This document shows positions 8,235-19,081 of a stretch of 20,782 nucleotides of DNA, one piece after another. The position numbers were made by a program, and so were the translations under genes. Every line of letters starts with the position of its first letter. Positions within the stretch are counted from its first letter, which is position 1. Source of the stretch: Peribolospora baueri (lineage: Eukaryota); contig JAMDHS010000059.1 in NCBI GenBank assembly GCA_029717555.1, forward strand, positions 124,001 through 144,782. The letters run 5' to 3'. The notes below the pieces were generated by a model. It ran no database searches, was not told where the DNA came from, and saw only the letters and a program-made list of their open reading frames with translations.

Positions 8235-11200
8235 ATGTTCGCCGCACCACCTCCCGCCACCAGCAACGGCCCCACCAAGACGTCGTCGGCACACACACCC
8301 ACCACGCCCTCGCACGTCCACACCTATACCAACGGCTCTTTTCTTCCGACGCCTTCCTCTTCTGCTTTTGCCGATCATCAATCCGGCCCCGCCGGGCCAC
8401 CTCTCAGCGAAGGCTACAAGAGTCCGACTCCGATTAAAGGAGGCGGCAGGGCAGGTGCGTTTGGTGACTTTCAAGTGTCGTCCGACACAGGTAATTATAG
8501 GGGCACGGTCAACTCAAATTTGGAAGGAGGACCGTCGAGGAGAAGCTTCAGTCCGAGTGATCTTGTCTACGACGGAGAGGCCGGATCGCGCTTCGTCGAC
8601 TTACGCGCTCAGCACCCCGGTGCGGCCTTGGCGAGCTCAATGGCGGCGGGTGCGCTTTGTAAGGACGGCAGTGATGGAGGCGAGGAGGATCGTGGGAGGG
8701 CTGAGGATGGCGAGGAACAGGCCGACGTCTCTATGTGCACCGCATGCACCCTTTCCCCGGACCGCAAAGCGCCACATCATGCGTCGTCGGCAACAGGAGA
8801 TTTAGCATCCTCTCCGGTTATCCATCGATCCGACCGAGATCCTTACGTTCCCAGCCCGACTCCATCTCCCATTCTCAGCTCCTCGTCATTTGCGCCACGC
8901 GGTTTGAGGGACGTCGAACGCATGGATTTGGGCTCCGGTGTGACGCCTGATAGTGCACGGGCAAGGGAGCGGGCAGGAGGAGAGGCAGACGGTCACGCCG
9001 ACCCAACGTGGCTTTTTCGCGAAGGCTTAACCAGTTTGGACGCTGAGGACGAAGATGCGGTTTCGGATGGGGATACGCTCATGAACGAAGAGACGCTGGC
9101 CGGGATCGTAAAGCGAGTGAAAGGGATGGGCATCGGCGAGGGGGCGACGGCCGGCTCTTCCTCTTCGGATCAGAACCAAGCGGAGACGCGGGAGTTGGCA
9201 AGTATGACTTTGGCTCTGGTGCAGTATGCGCAGAGCGAGCGTAGAAGGCGTCTCACCGCTGAGGAGAAGGTGCGTCCCATCGTCCGCCAGCCATTTGCAG
9301 GTTTCACGTTATCTCGTGATGTGTAGGCGTTGCTCATACTGATACCTTCTTTGTCCATCACAGCTACGTCTTCTCAGCGCTAGGTCCACTCCGCATCACT
9401 ATGATCCCCAAGCCCAGGAGCGTCTCGAAGCGGAAATGGAAGGCCTGCGCGTCCAAGCGGCCGTTCTCGCTCGCAAGCTTGCCTCTGTCCCTCAATCTGC
9501 GATTGCTGAGGCGGGACAGGGCAGAATTAAGGTAGAGGAAGGAAAGGGTAAGGGAAAGAATGGCCGCTGGACTCCTATTGCGCCGAAGGTCGGACTGGAG
9601 GCTCCGATCCGGTTACGCGGCGACGGGGCGGATGCGAATAGCACTGGCGCTGATGATGCGGATGTGGTGAGTTCACAAGCAATTCGTTCGCAACGGGCCT
9701 TGCACGAGCGATGCTGGCATACATGCTCAGGACAAGCCGTCCCTCTTACTTTTTTTGCGACTTAGGAGGATGGCTCTACCCTTCCGCTAGCCATCAAGGT
9801 CGAGGACGAGTTGACGAAGCAGAACAAGAAGCTGCAAGTGGAGAAGCGATACTACAAACACAGGGTGAGTAGTTACCTGAAGGACGGTCTGGAGTTGAAA
9901 GACAAAAATGGTCAGCAGCTCGAATCGCTTACATCCGCATCGCTTTCTCTCGATACCAGCTGCGCGACGCTGAGCACCAGATCTCACGTCTGGACCACGA
10001 GCTCCGCAGCCTTCGCAGTCACCTTCTGTTTGGTGGTCCGCGCGTCGTGTCGAAGCGCCCCGAGATATCTGATGTGGATCCGTCGCGTGCCGCCCCGGAG
10101 ACGGACGTTGATCGCGCCACGAGCGACGTGCCGGGAAATGCGCGTCGTTCACTTCGTCCATCGAGAAAGTCGTATCACCGTCGGAGGGCCGCGACAATGG
10201 GTGATGCTGAAGCGGAACATCTTCTCCTCGCTGCGCGCCGGATCCGCGAAGTCAGGAGGGAGGCACCATCTGCAGAGTTGGTGTCGCAGATTCTCGCGCA
10301 CGGTGGTAATCTGGGCGGTATCGTCCCGTCGAGCGTGCGCCGCAAGGGGGGCACTACTCCCAACGAGCCGAGCAGCACGAGCCCCGGGAAGACTCCTCGC
10401 CGGCTTCGCAACCCGGGTCATCAACGGACTCCCGGCGGAGATCGGTACGGCGCTGAGCGGGTCGCAGATGAGACGCCCAGCAGGAGGGCGCTCGGTCTCG
10501 GCTTCGGCATCGGCGGCCCACCGGGCACGGCTGGCTCTGGTCAGATGCAGGGCAACCAGACGAGTGGCTGGGCAGCGCACACGCAGCGCCTACAGAACCT
10601 CGGATCAAGTCGAGTGGGCGCGGCCGGTGGCGCTTCCACGGCTCCGTCTGCGTCGCAGCAGGGTGGGAGTCAGCAACAGCAACCGTGGGCGAATAGCATG
10701 GACGAGCTTCTGCAGGCCGCTCAAACAGTGCTCACACGCCCGATGACTCCAACGGGGCAGCGGCTTGCTTCTCCCTCGCATGAACGAGCCAGTGCGAAAA
10801 CGCTGGGAGGCCCTGCGGCGGTGTACGGGAGCCCTAAGCGACGTCGCACGGCCGCCGGGGCGCAGCGACTGAGTACACCTCGATACGATGAGGTGTCTGG
10901 CTCTTCGGGAGGAGAGGATCAGGACGGAGACGTACCCGGACGGAAGACGCGGAGGAGAAGCCCATCGGACATGTTACCGGACATGACTTCTTCACCTCCG
11001 TTGTCCTTCGCGCGAGAGGAGATTGGAGGGGGACGGGCGGGTGGGCCCGGTCGGGTGAGGGAGTTGAGCGCACTGGATTTGCTGGCAGACCAGGCTGCAC
11101 AGAGTCAGAACTCGAGCAGCCGGCATTCTCAAGCGACGGACGACGGTGAAAGGAGCACGTCGCCGCCAGTACACTACGCGTCGGACGAGAACGTCGCCAT

Positions 11201-11822
11201 CGCCTTCCCTCGTAGCGGCGGAGAGAGAGGTGAAGCGGAGACAGAGGAGGAGGAGATCGACGAACTGATGGATATGGACGAGGACGGGGGCGAGGGCGAT
11301 GGAGGGAAGGCGTTCAAGAAGAAGCGAAGAAGCTCCAAGGCCGTTGCGCAACAAGGAGGCAGCGGCTATTGGAACCGAGAGTCGACCAGCCCGACCGAAT
11401 TGCTTCAACAGCGCGTGGAGCTGCAGAGGGCGAAACGGACGCCCACGCAGACGTCACGGGGAGTACACCAGGAGCAGCAAGACGGAGAGCACTCGTCGCC
11501 TCTCCGTTCTTCCGCGACTGCCACCGGTGGCGCACGCAAGCGCAACCCGGCCGCCGCCGGAGCAGGGTCTGCTTACGCCCCTGCAGCAGCCTCCCAGCCT
11601 CCGCCAGCGTCGTACGCCACACTTGGAGACGGCACAGAGATGGGGAGAGGAAAGGGTACTGGCGTGGCTGTGGGGCCGCCGGACTCCAGTCCTTTTCCTT
11701 CTTTGACCCCTAGGTCTCCTGGTAAAGGGATTGGGGCTGGAGGGGCGAGTGGGAGGCGTAAGGCAAGCAGTACCGGCTTGGTTGCGGGCTCGGGCTCGAC
11801 ACCAAGGAAGGCCGGGACATGA
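8235..11822 (+). CDS. Uncharacterised ~1,099-aa low-complexity protein with coiled-coil segments, basic NLS-like motifs and short amphipathic helices; putative nuclear regulator (4 exons)
   Basis: Exons 8235-9269, 9364-9666, 9766-9864, 9960-11822 (3300 nt, all phase 0). Donors gtgcgt/gtgagt/gtgagt and acceptors cag/tag/cag link ORF-track fragments 8202-9326, 9436-9765, 9811- and 10047-11822. Coiled-coil-like EDELTKQNKKLQVEKRYYKHRLRDAEHQISRLDHELRSLR; SPKRRR and KKKRR; many S/T-P sites. Confidence 0.8.
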
Positions 11823-11871
11823 GCAGAAAATTCAGAGCGTCTGACGGGGTATGCATGTTGGTGAATGAATT

Positions 11872-12918
11872 TTTATCGTTAAAAGGCAGTGGCGCGGTGG
11901 AGTCCATTTGCTTGACCTCCTGAGGACGCTGGTGGTCGTTTCGTTGTTTCCCTCGTGCCCATTCCATTCTATCTCTGGTTCCGTTTCCTCTTCTCTTTTT
12001 CTCGCCGTTCCTCCGGTCAACTGGACCTCTCTACCTCGACTCGTCCAGCCGTCTCGTCTGCTTATCATCCCATTTGCCCACCTCGCCTCTCGTGTCGTCC
12101 TCGAACCCTGTAGATCTCGATGTACCAGCAGCAGCGTGCCCTTTGTTTGCTCTTTCTTTCTCCGATGTCAACCGGGCCATCCATCCATCCATCCATTGAA
12201 GCGGTGGACGGCCGTTGTAATAGATGCCCGTGCAATCTTCTGTACGCCGCGAAGACAGGAAAGCAGACGATCTGATCTGGCCCGCATGGTGTGACACAGG
12301 CGGCGTGTTGTCGATGCCGGCATCATCGCCTCCGATACCGTTACTCGGTGCGGAGAGCGGCTAAGATTATAATCCGAGAACGCCCAGCCAATCCGGAATG
12401 TCCGGTGCGATATCCGGACCCGCAGAGCGTTCGAGATAAGCAGGCGAACGTTGGAACCTTGGTAGAAGACGGCCCGGCCCGAGGTGCACGTTTGTCGTTG
12501 CTACCGATGCTGTTGGATTCACTCCCACACGGATGGCCAGAGCGAGTCGGAGAAGAGCGTCCAAGCAAGTCCTCTCTCGTCCCCTCAGCGGGAACACAGC
12601 AATCGCGCGGCGATGGACGAGAGAGAGAGCGTTCGGAAGCTGATGGTCGAGCCAAGAGCCCGTCAGGCACCCGACCAAAGCCCGTCCCCTCCCCCTCCCC
12701 TCCACCAACCATCCTTCAGCCACCCATCCACTTGCCGCAAAACCCGCTCGTTGATCCCGAGCGGGTTCGACAGATAAGTACTGGCCCGGGCCCGCTTCGG
12801 CCCTTCCCCCATCGCACATCCCCTCCAGACGTGTTCCTGAACGGCAGTTACTGTACTGCGCTCGTTCTTATCGCCCTACCTCCCATCCATAAACCCCGAT
12901 CCACATCTGTCCGTCCTC
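11872..12918 (+). promoter_or_regulatory. Amine oxidase promoter with clustered GATA(AG) sites, CCAAT box and CCGG triplet
   Basis: GATAAG/CTTATC at 12061, 12435, 12773 and 12867, plus TTTATC at 11872. CCAAT at 12388-12392; TCCGG x3 at 12392-12417; palindrome GATTATAATC at 12365-12374. Confidence 0.5.
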
Positions 12919-15900
12919 ATGCCGTCCGAAATTGCGTCCGTCCCGGATGCCCCGACCGGCGCCGCCGCCGTGGCTAACAAAGCGGCCAAGGTCGCGGCCG
13001 GGTCTGCAGCCGCCGCCGCCGCTGCTTCGACGACGGCAGGGACCAAGGATGATGATGTCTGGCACCCAATGGATCACCTCTCGCCTGACGAGGTACGTCC
13101 GACGGCCCGCTGATGGTGTTCGAAGAGAAAGAAGTCGAGAAGAGCGAGGTCAGCGGTGCCCACGATCCACCGTCCTCCGTCCCATACGTGCAGATCACCG
13201 CCTCGGCCACGGCCATTCGTCAATACATTGCAACTCAAGCGCCGATCAAGGCGTTCAAGTTCGTCAACCTTCTTCCCTTTGAGCCTCCCAAAGCCGAAGT
13301 GTTGGCCTACCTTCGAATCTTACCCACGGACGGAAACCACTCGTCTTTGCAAAGACCCGTGCGCAAGGCGGAGGCGCACGTCATCGACGCGCTCACCGGC
13401 GATGCTTACGAGGCCCTCGTCCGCCTCCCGTCCTCGGCCGAGGCCCATGCCACAGTGGAGTCACTCACCAAGCTCCCATATGGGACGCAGCCCTCTCTGT
13501 CCCCCGAAGAACTCTGTTTGGCGGAGGAGATAATACGCAAGGACTCTCGCGTGATCGCCGCGGCGAAGGAGGTCGGCGTGGAGCCGGAGCAGCTGTACGC
13601 GGACGGCTGGAGCGTGGGTGTGGAGGAAAGGTTTGAGAAGAGGGAAGACGGGAGGAAGAGGAGGTTGCAGCAGTGTTTGTTGTTCGCTAGGAAAGATAAG
13701 GACGAGGTAGGTCGCTTCGACTGGACTGTCGTCCGACGAGCTATCCTTGCGCCGCCCTTCTTCCCAGCTGACCACATTCTCCCTTGACCGGCGTCACAGA
13801 ACCTTTACGCTCACCCGATGGACTTCTTCCCTGTGCTGTGAGTATTGGTGGATTAAATTGCGACTTTACCAAGGTCACAACGTCGATTGTTCAGGCTTCC
13901 CCTTGAAACTAACTTGCCACGTCTTGCTCACACTCGCCCCGTTGCCTTTTTCAGCGACTGCAACACCAATGAAGTCATAGCAATTGATTACCCGGCAGGA
14001 CGCTCGCCATCAACGGCCAAGCTCACCCTCGGCAGTACAGCTGGCCCCCCGGAGCCTGGCTTCGAGAACAGTTCTGGAAGGGATCGCATCCCTCCGCCCA
14101 TGGAATCGCATGACTACCTCCCCGATTACAACAAAATCAATCTCAGGAAGGACATCAAGCCGCTGCATGTCATCCAGCCGCAAGGCGTCAGCTTTAAGAT
14201 GACCGGCAACCAAATCGAGTGGCAGAAGTGGAAGGTACGTAAGAGGCAAGCGCGTTTTGCATTCGCCCCGTCCACCGGTTCCGGCTTCGTTCTGACCCTA
14301 GTCATTACTTCTTCTTCTTCAGTTCCACATCGCATTCCATCCTCGGGAAGGTCTGGTGCTCTCTACTGTGACGTACAAGGACGACCTCGGTCCAGCGGTG
14401 AAGGGTGGTCCGAAGGAAGAGGTCCGGCCGCTCTTCTATCGTCTGAGCCTCGCTGAGATGGTGGTGCCGTATGGCGAGCCCGCTCACCCTCACTGGCGCA
14501 AGATGGCCTTCGACGTCGGCGAGTACGGTCTAGGCATCCTATCCAACTCTCTCTCCCTCGGCTGCGACTGCCTCGGCACGATCCACTACCTTGACGGCCA
14601 CTACGTCGCTCACGATGGCTCTCCGGTGACGATAAAGAACGCGATCTGCATTCACGAGGAGGACTCGGGTGTGCTTTGGAAGCACACCGACTACAGGCCC
14701 GGAGGGAGAGCTCATGCGGTACGGGGGCGCAAGCTGGTGGTGTCCTTCGTCGCCACGCTAGCCAACTACGAGTACCTGACCCGGTTCACGTTCCATCAGG
14801 ACGGCACCATCTCGCTCGAGATCCAGCTCTCGGGAGTGCTCAACCTCTACGTCCTGGGCCAAGGCGAGCCGACGGGTGGCTTTGGAACACAGGTGGCGCC
14901 GCGGATCAACGCGCAAAACCACCAGCATTTGTTCTGCTTCCGCGTCGATCCCATGTTGGACGGCGTGAAGAACACGGTGACGGAGAACGACGTGGTCCCT
15001 CTCGACGAACCTACTGGCAGTCCCGAGAACTTTGCCGGAAACGGGTTCGCGAGCAGGAAGACGGTGTTAGAGAAGGGAAAGGAGGCGGTGAGGGACTGGA
15101 GCAGTGCGTACAGCAGGTCTTGGAGCGTTGTGAATGAGAGCAGGAAGCATTATGCCAGTGGGGAACCTGTCGGGTATAAGATCGGTGAGTGGGGACCGAA
15201 TGGTCATCGCCGCTGTCGCCCTTGAAGCATTCCAGCTAGGAGCTCACTTTTAATGGCTCGTTGTTTCGGCCAACCAGTGTCCAGGGACCTTCCCACCCTG
15301 CTCTGCAAACCCGACTCTTGGGTCGCCAGGCGCGCTCCGTTCGCCAAGCATCATTTCTGGGTGACGCGTGAGTGTTCGAATGAAAATCCATCGCCTGATT
15401 TCCTGCTCCTGAGCTCAACAGAACGCTTTTCAATGCGACCCCATGTGCAACCGCAGGCTACAAGGACAACCAGCTCTATCCCGCTGGCAAGCACGTCCCC
15501 CAGACCTTGGACACGCCACGGGAGAGCATCGAGAACTGGGCCGCCGGCGCGGGTTCGATTCGCAACGAAGACGTGGTGGCCTGGCTCATTTTTGGGACCA
15601 CTCATGTGCCTCGGCCGGAAGATTTCGTGAGTCGTCGCCGAATCGCCAACGGATGCGATTGTCTTCTCGTCGGTTTCATTCTCGCTAACCCGACTCGGAC
15701 CGCGCACCCACCATACCATGCCTTTCGCGCACCAGCCCGTCATGCCCTCGGAAACCATCTCAGTGCATCTCAAGCCAGTCGGCTTCTTCCGCTCCAACCC
15801 CGCCTTGGACGTGCCGGGAACGAAAGACGCCAAGTCTAAGAGCGCCTTTGCCACGTCCACCGACGAGGCCGTCAAGCACGCCGAGCCCGTGGCCAGCACG

Positions 15901-15930
15901 AACGGAAACGGAAGCGGAAATGGAAGCTGA
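12919..15930 (+). CDS. Copper-containing (TPQ) primary amine oxidase, fungal AMO/Cao1-like (~773 aa, 8 exons)
   Basis: Exons 12919-13092, 13194-13706, 13800-13837, 13955-14234, 14323-15184, 15278-15367, 15457-15626, 15736-15930 (2322 nt). Motifs HPMDHLSPDEI, NLYAHP, QPQGVSF, WQKWKFHIAFHPREG, SLAEMVVPYG, catalytic Asp in AFDVGEYG, SLGCDCLG, TPQ consensus TLANYEY, Cu ligands HQH and THVPRPEDFPVMP. Confidence 0.96.
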
Positions 15931-16026
15931 AGGTGTTTTTTTTCTCTCCATTCCTTTCCTACACTTGGGCCGAGTTCATCGCATCAGTGAAAGTTGCGAT
16001 TCCGGCACACAGGATATATTTTGATG

Positions 16027-16676
16027 CAGTCAACCCTGTCTGTTAGCACACGGGTCCCTAGGCATGCCTTCGCATAGTGCATAGCAATCTCCCTTTCCCG
16101 TTTGCTCCCCAGCCAAAAATTGATTAATCCCAGCCAAAACACTGGTCTATATGCATACTGACATACCCGCATATTGCATGGCACTGACACCGGTCCCAGT
16201 CCTCACCAGTCATGCCCACTCGGCATGCATAGTTAGGGTTGAGGATCACGTGCATTCTCGTGATGTTGAAGATTGGCGGCGACGAGCACCGTGGTTACGC
16301 GGCTGAAAGCGGACATGACTATGTAGGCAACTGTGTTACTGCGGGTCCATCCACCGCCAGTACTAACATTACTTACTACACGTGGGTGCTTGTCCGCGTT
16401 TCACCATCTCTTTCAAAGAACATGTCAACGAGCAGCGTAAACAATTCTTTTCTGCACACGCTTCTTCTTGAACATGGTTGTGTTATGACGAGGACATTAC
16501 TCTACAGTAAAGCTTGGAATTCATGTCTTGATGGACGCTATCGACTATGGCAAGGCACTGGCAGCTGTGGCAACGACTGCGGCAACTATGCATAGACCAC
16601 TCTGTATAGTCACCCTCTCGCATACTGCATAGCCCTCGGGCAAACCAACTTGTATGCTTATAGACAGGGTTGACTG
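16027..16676. mobile_element. Non-autonomous Tc1/mariner-superfamily DNA transposon (MITE-like), copy B, 650 bp
   Basis: Perfect 15-bp TIR CAGTCAACCCTGTCT / AGACAGGGTTGACTG, extending imperfectly to about 25 bp. Right flank TA (16677-16678); left flank TG (16025-16026, presumably a mutated TA). Same orientation as, and homologous to, 3174-3794. Confidence 0.88.
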
Positions 16677-17049
16677 TAGTACGCACGGAGGGTATCGTCA
16701 TCTCTTTCATTGTGATGCTACAGCAACCAAATATGGAACAGCAGAGTATTCTGCACGGTGTGTGCATGTGCTGCTGCTCTTCCACCACTCCGCATCTTAT
16801 GTCGTGCCTGAGCTTCCGGAGCCCCGCTCTCACCCGGGCCCTTTACCTCCCTTCATCAGCATCGAGAATATGACGTCTGGAAGGCATATGGTATTTCGCA
16901 CATCAGCGGGCTGTCCGTGCGTCGCAACAGCCGCTCCCAGAAGTCCCAGCAAGAGGCATTCTAGGCCTATCGTACACGGACAGATGGACGGACGGACGCC
17001 GATAAACCCAAATTTCAGCGAAGACGAGTAGGCAGACCAGCGGGCGGCC

Positions 17050-18834
17050 TCAACCAGATGGCTCAATCTCGCCCAGGAACATCGTCCTGTCGATGCTCCC
17101 GGAAAGAACTGAAACATCGACGTTGGCGGAAAGGACAGGAACATGAGCCCACGTCACCACGGAAGCAATAGCAACTGCCACGGACTTGAGCACTCACTGA
17201 TCGGCTCCTGCGGGTGGAAATCGACGCAGGTGACCATGCCTTTATGACCGGGCAACTGTGGGTTGAGGACAGCAGGAACGCTCCTGTCAAGCGCGCAGAT
17301 TAAAAAAAAAACTTTCTTGTGCTCTTTATGCTCACCTTGTACAAAATTTGAGACTTTTCAACGCTGAGGATGCCACCGGTGACACGAGATCGGCGTGAGT
17401 ATATGCATGGACGCGATCGTAAAGACACGAGTCACCACAGAACACTCACTCCCAGATGGTACACGTCCTATCCGCGCCACCAGCAGCTACCCGCTCCCCA
17501 TCAGGACTCCATGCCGGTTTAAACAGAACCTGCTCAAATCCGCTGGTGACGCCAGTTAAGGTGCGGTGAAGGCGAGTGGAAGGAGAAAAGGGGGAGACGT
17601 CCCAGATGCGCACGGTGTCATCGAAGGCAGTCGAAAGGAGGTGGGAACCTGACGGGGAAAGCGAGAGGGCGGCAATGGTGTCGGTGTGTCCGCGCAGGGA
17701 ATAAACGATGGTTTTTCGGCGCAGGTCGTACGCCTGCAGGGAAGTAACAGAGGAGAGAGATTGATCCAGTGAGTCAAAATCATCGAAAACGCCAGGATCA
17801 AAGACTTCGAATCAACGTGCAGCGTAGTCAGCACTGATGCACTCACATGAATATCATTATCAATGCTCCCCACAAACACCTGACTGCCATCCTCCGAAAA
17901 CTCCACAGCCGTGATAGGGTACCCGACCTCGATCGTGTCCAAAACATGCTTATCCTCCGGATCCCACAAACACACTCTCCCATCATCACCCCCACTGACC
18001 AAGATTTCCCTCCCACCTCTCGTGCACGCCAGTGCATTAACGATCCCCTTATGCCCCCTCAAGCGTCGGACCTTCTCCCCCGTGGACGCATCCCAAACGA
18101 TCAGCGTCCCGTCTGCCGAAGCAGAGTAAAGTCGCGGGGACGTGGGAGAGGATGTTCGGGACCATACAAGTGCGGTGACCGCTTTCGAGTGCCCTTTGAG
18201 TATGCCATAGTTCGTGTTGGCGCCGTACGCCCGCCAGAGAGCTGAAGCACGGGATGAAAGACGTGGAAATGGTGAGAACGCGTTTCTATCCGAGTGAGAA
18301 AGCGACATGGCTACAAGAGACTGTACAGCCTCAACCCTTCTCAACCCACAAATCATCTTATCGGCTGACGCGGCGGCGATGTTTTGTCCTGTCGGGTCGA
18401 ACTTGCAATCCAGGATTTCCGCCTGCAATACGTTCAGGATTCGTAACATTAGCAATGAGGAAGAAGAGATGTGAGTACTATAACTTCTATCAGGCAAATA
18501 AGATCCCGGTCCCCAGCCTATACGGTCCGCTAGTCCACCTCAGTTCCTCCATCCGAACCATCTTCCCCGAGCACGCTTCGCCAGCCAGGCACAAAACATG
18601 TACTTCGGGACTCACACCATGCGCCCCTGCCAAGCTGACGATGGGCGAGCTCAGGCCGCTAGTCCGCTTGATCGTCCTCGTAACCGCCTTCTCGTTGCCT
18701 GCACCCGAGCCGATCGCGACGGTCAACATGCCCTCCTGCTCCTCGTCGGCCGCATCCTCCGCCCTCGCGCGCTTCACAAGCGAGCCGTTCGCGTAGCCGT
18801 CCACGGGAGGTGACTTGCGCTTGTCGGCCATCAT
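17050..18834 (-). CDS. SNRNP40: U5 snRNP 40-kDa WD40-repeat protein (SNRNP40 / Spf38-Cwf17 ortholog; ~371 aa, 7 exons)
   Basis: Exons (minus strand) 18834-18616 (alternative ATG at 18831), 18422-18350, 18241-17847, 17733-17450, 17363-17336, 17255-17198, 17108-17050 sum to 1116 nt in frame. Signature RTSGLSSPIVSLAGAHGAEILDCKFDPTG, NYGILKGH, LRGHTDTI, VRIWDVSPF, ILYKLPGHKG, DFHPQEPIILSGSIDRTMFLGEI. Confidence 0.92.
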
Positions 18835-19081
18835 GTACAAGGGTAGGCCAGGGAGGTATAGCTGCGTGAACGCTGGCTACGTACGAGTGCGATGGATTGG
18901 GTTGTCGTGTTTGTCCTCAAGACGTACGTCGACTGATCTTCGAGGCCACCGATACTGCGGCTCCTATGCACGTGATATATTTATTAGGGTTACGCACCTG
19001 ACGACCGTCGAAGATGCCCGCTGGAATGAACGCAGATAGTTGGCGAGGTCATCACCACCAACATCGGACCTCAGCGACGCC
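18835..19081. promoter_or_regulatory. Compact (~250 bp) bidirectional promoter SNRNP40/EMC4
   Basis: Head-to-head ATGs at 18834 and 19082. Contains palindrome GACGTACGTC (18921-18930), CACGTGAT (18969-18976), an AT-rich TATATTTA, and TTAGGGTTA (18984-18992). Confidence 0.65.

Noticed and set aside
9811..10746. 311-aa ORF overlapping the unknown gene
   Set aside because: It is exon 3 read through intron 3 into an alternative frame of GC-rich exon 4; the Arg/Ala-rich product has no protein-like features.
12291..12977. 228-aa ORF upstream of the amine oxidase
   Set aside because: GTG start, Pro/Arg-rich composition, no motifs, and overlap with the promoter and exon 1 in another frame; likely a GC-content artefact.
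15900..16030. Cryptic peroxisomal PTS1 on the amine oxidase via stop readthrough or alternative splicing
   Set aside because: The stop context is TGA AGG, not TGA CTA. The readthrough extension ends QDIF and the intron-7-retained form ends RRQV; neither is SKL-like.
18423..18615. Intronic snoRNA in the unusually long (193-nt) SNRNP40 intron 1
   Set aside because: CTGA boxes are present, but I see no box C (RTGATGA), terminal stem or H/ACA layout.
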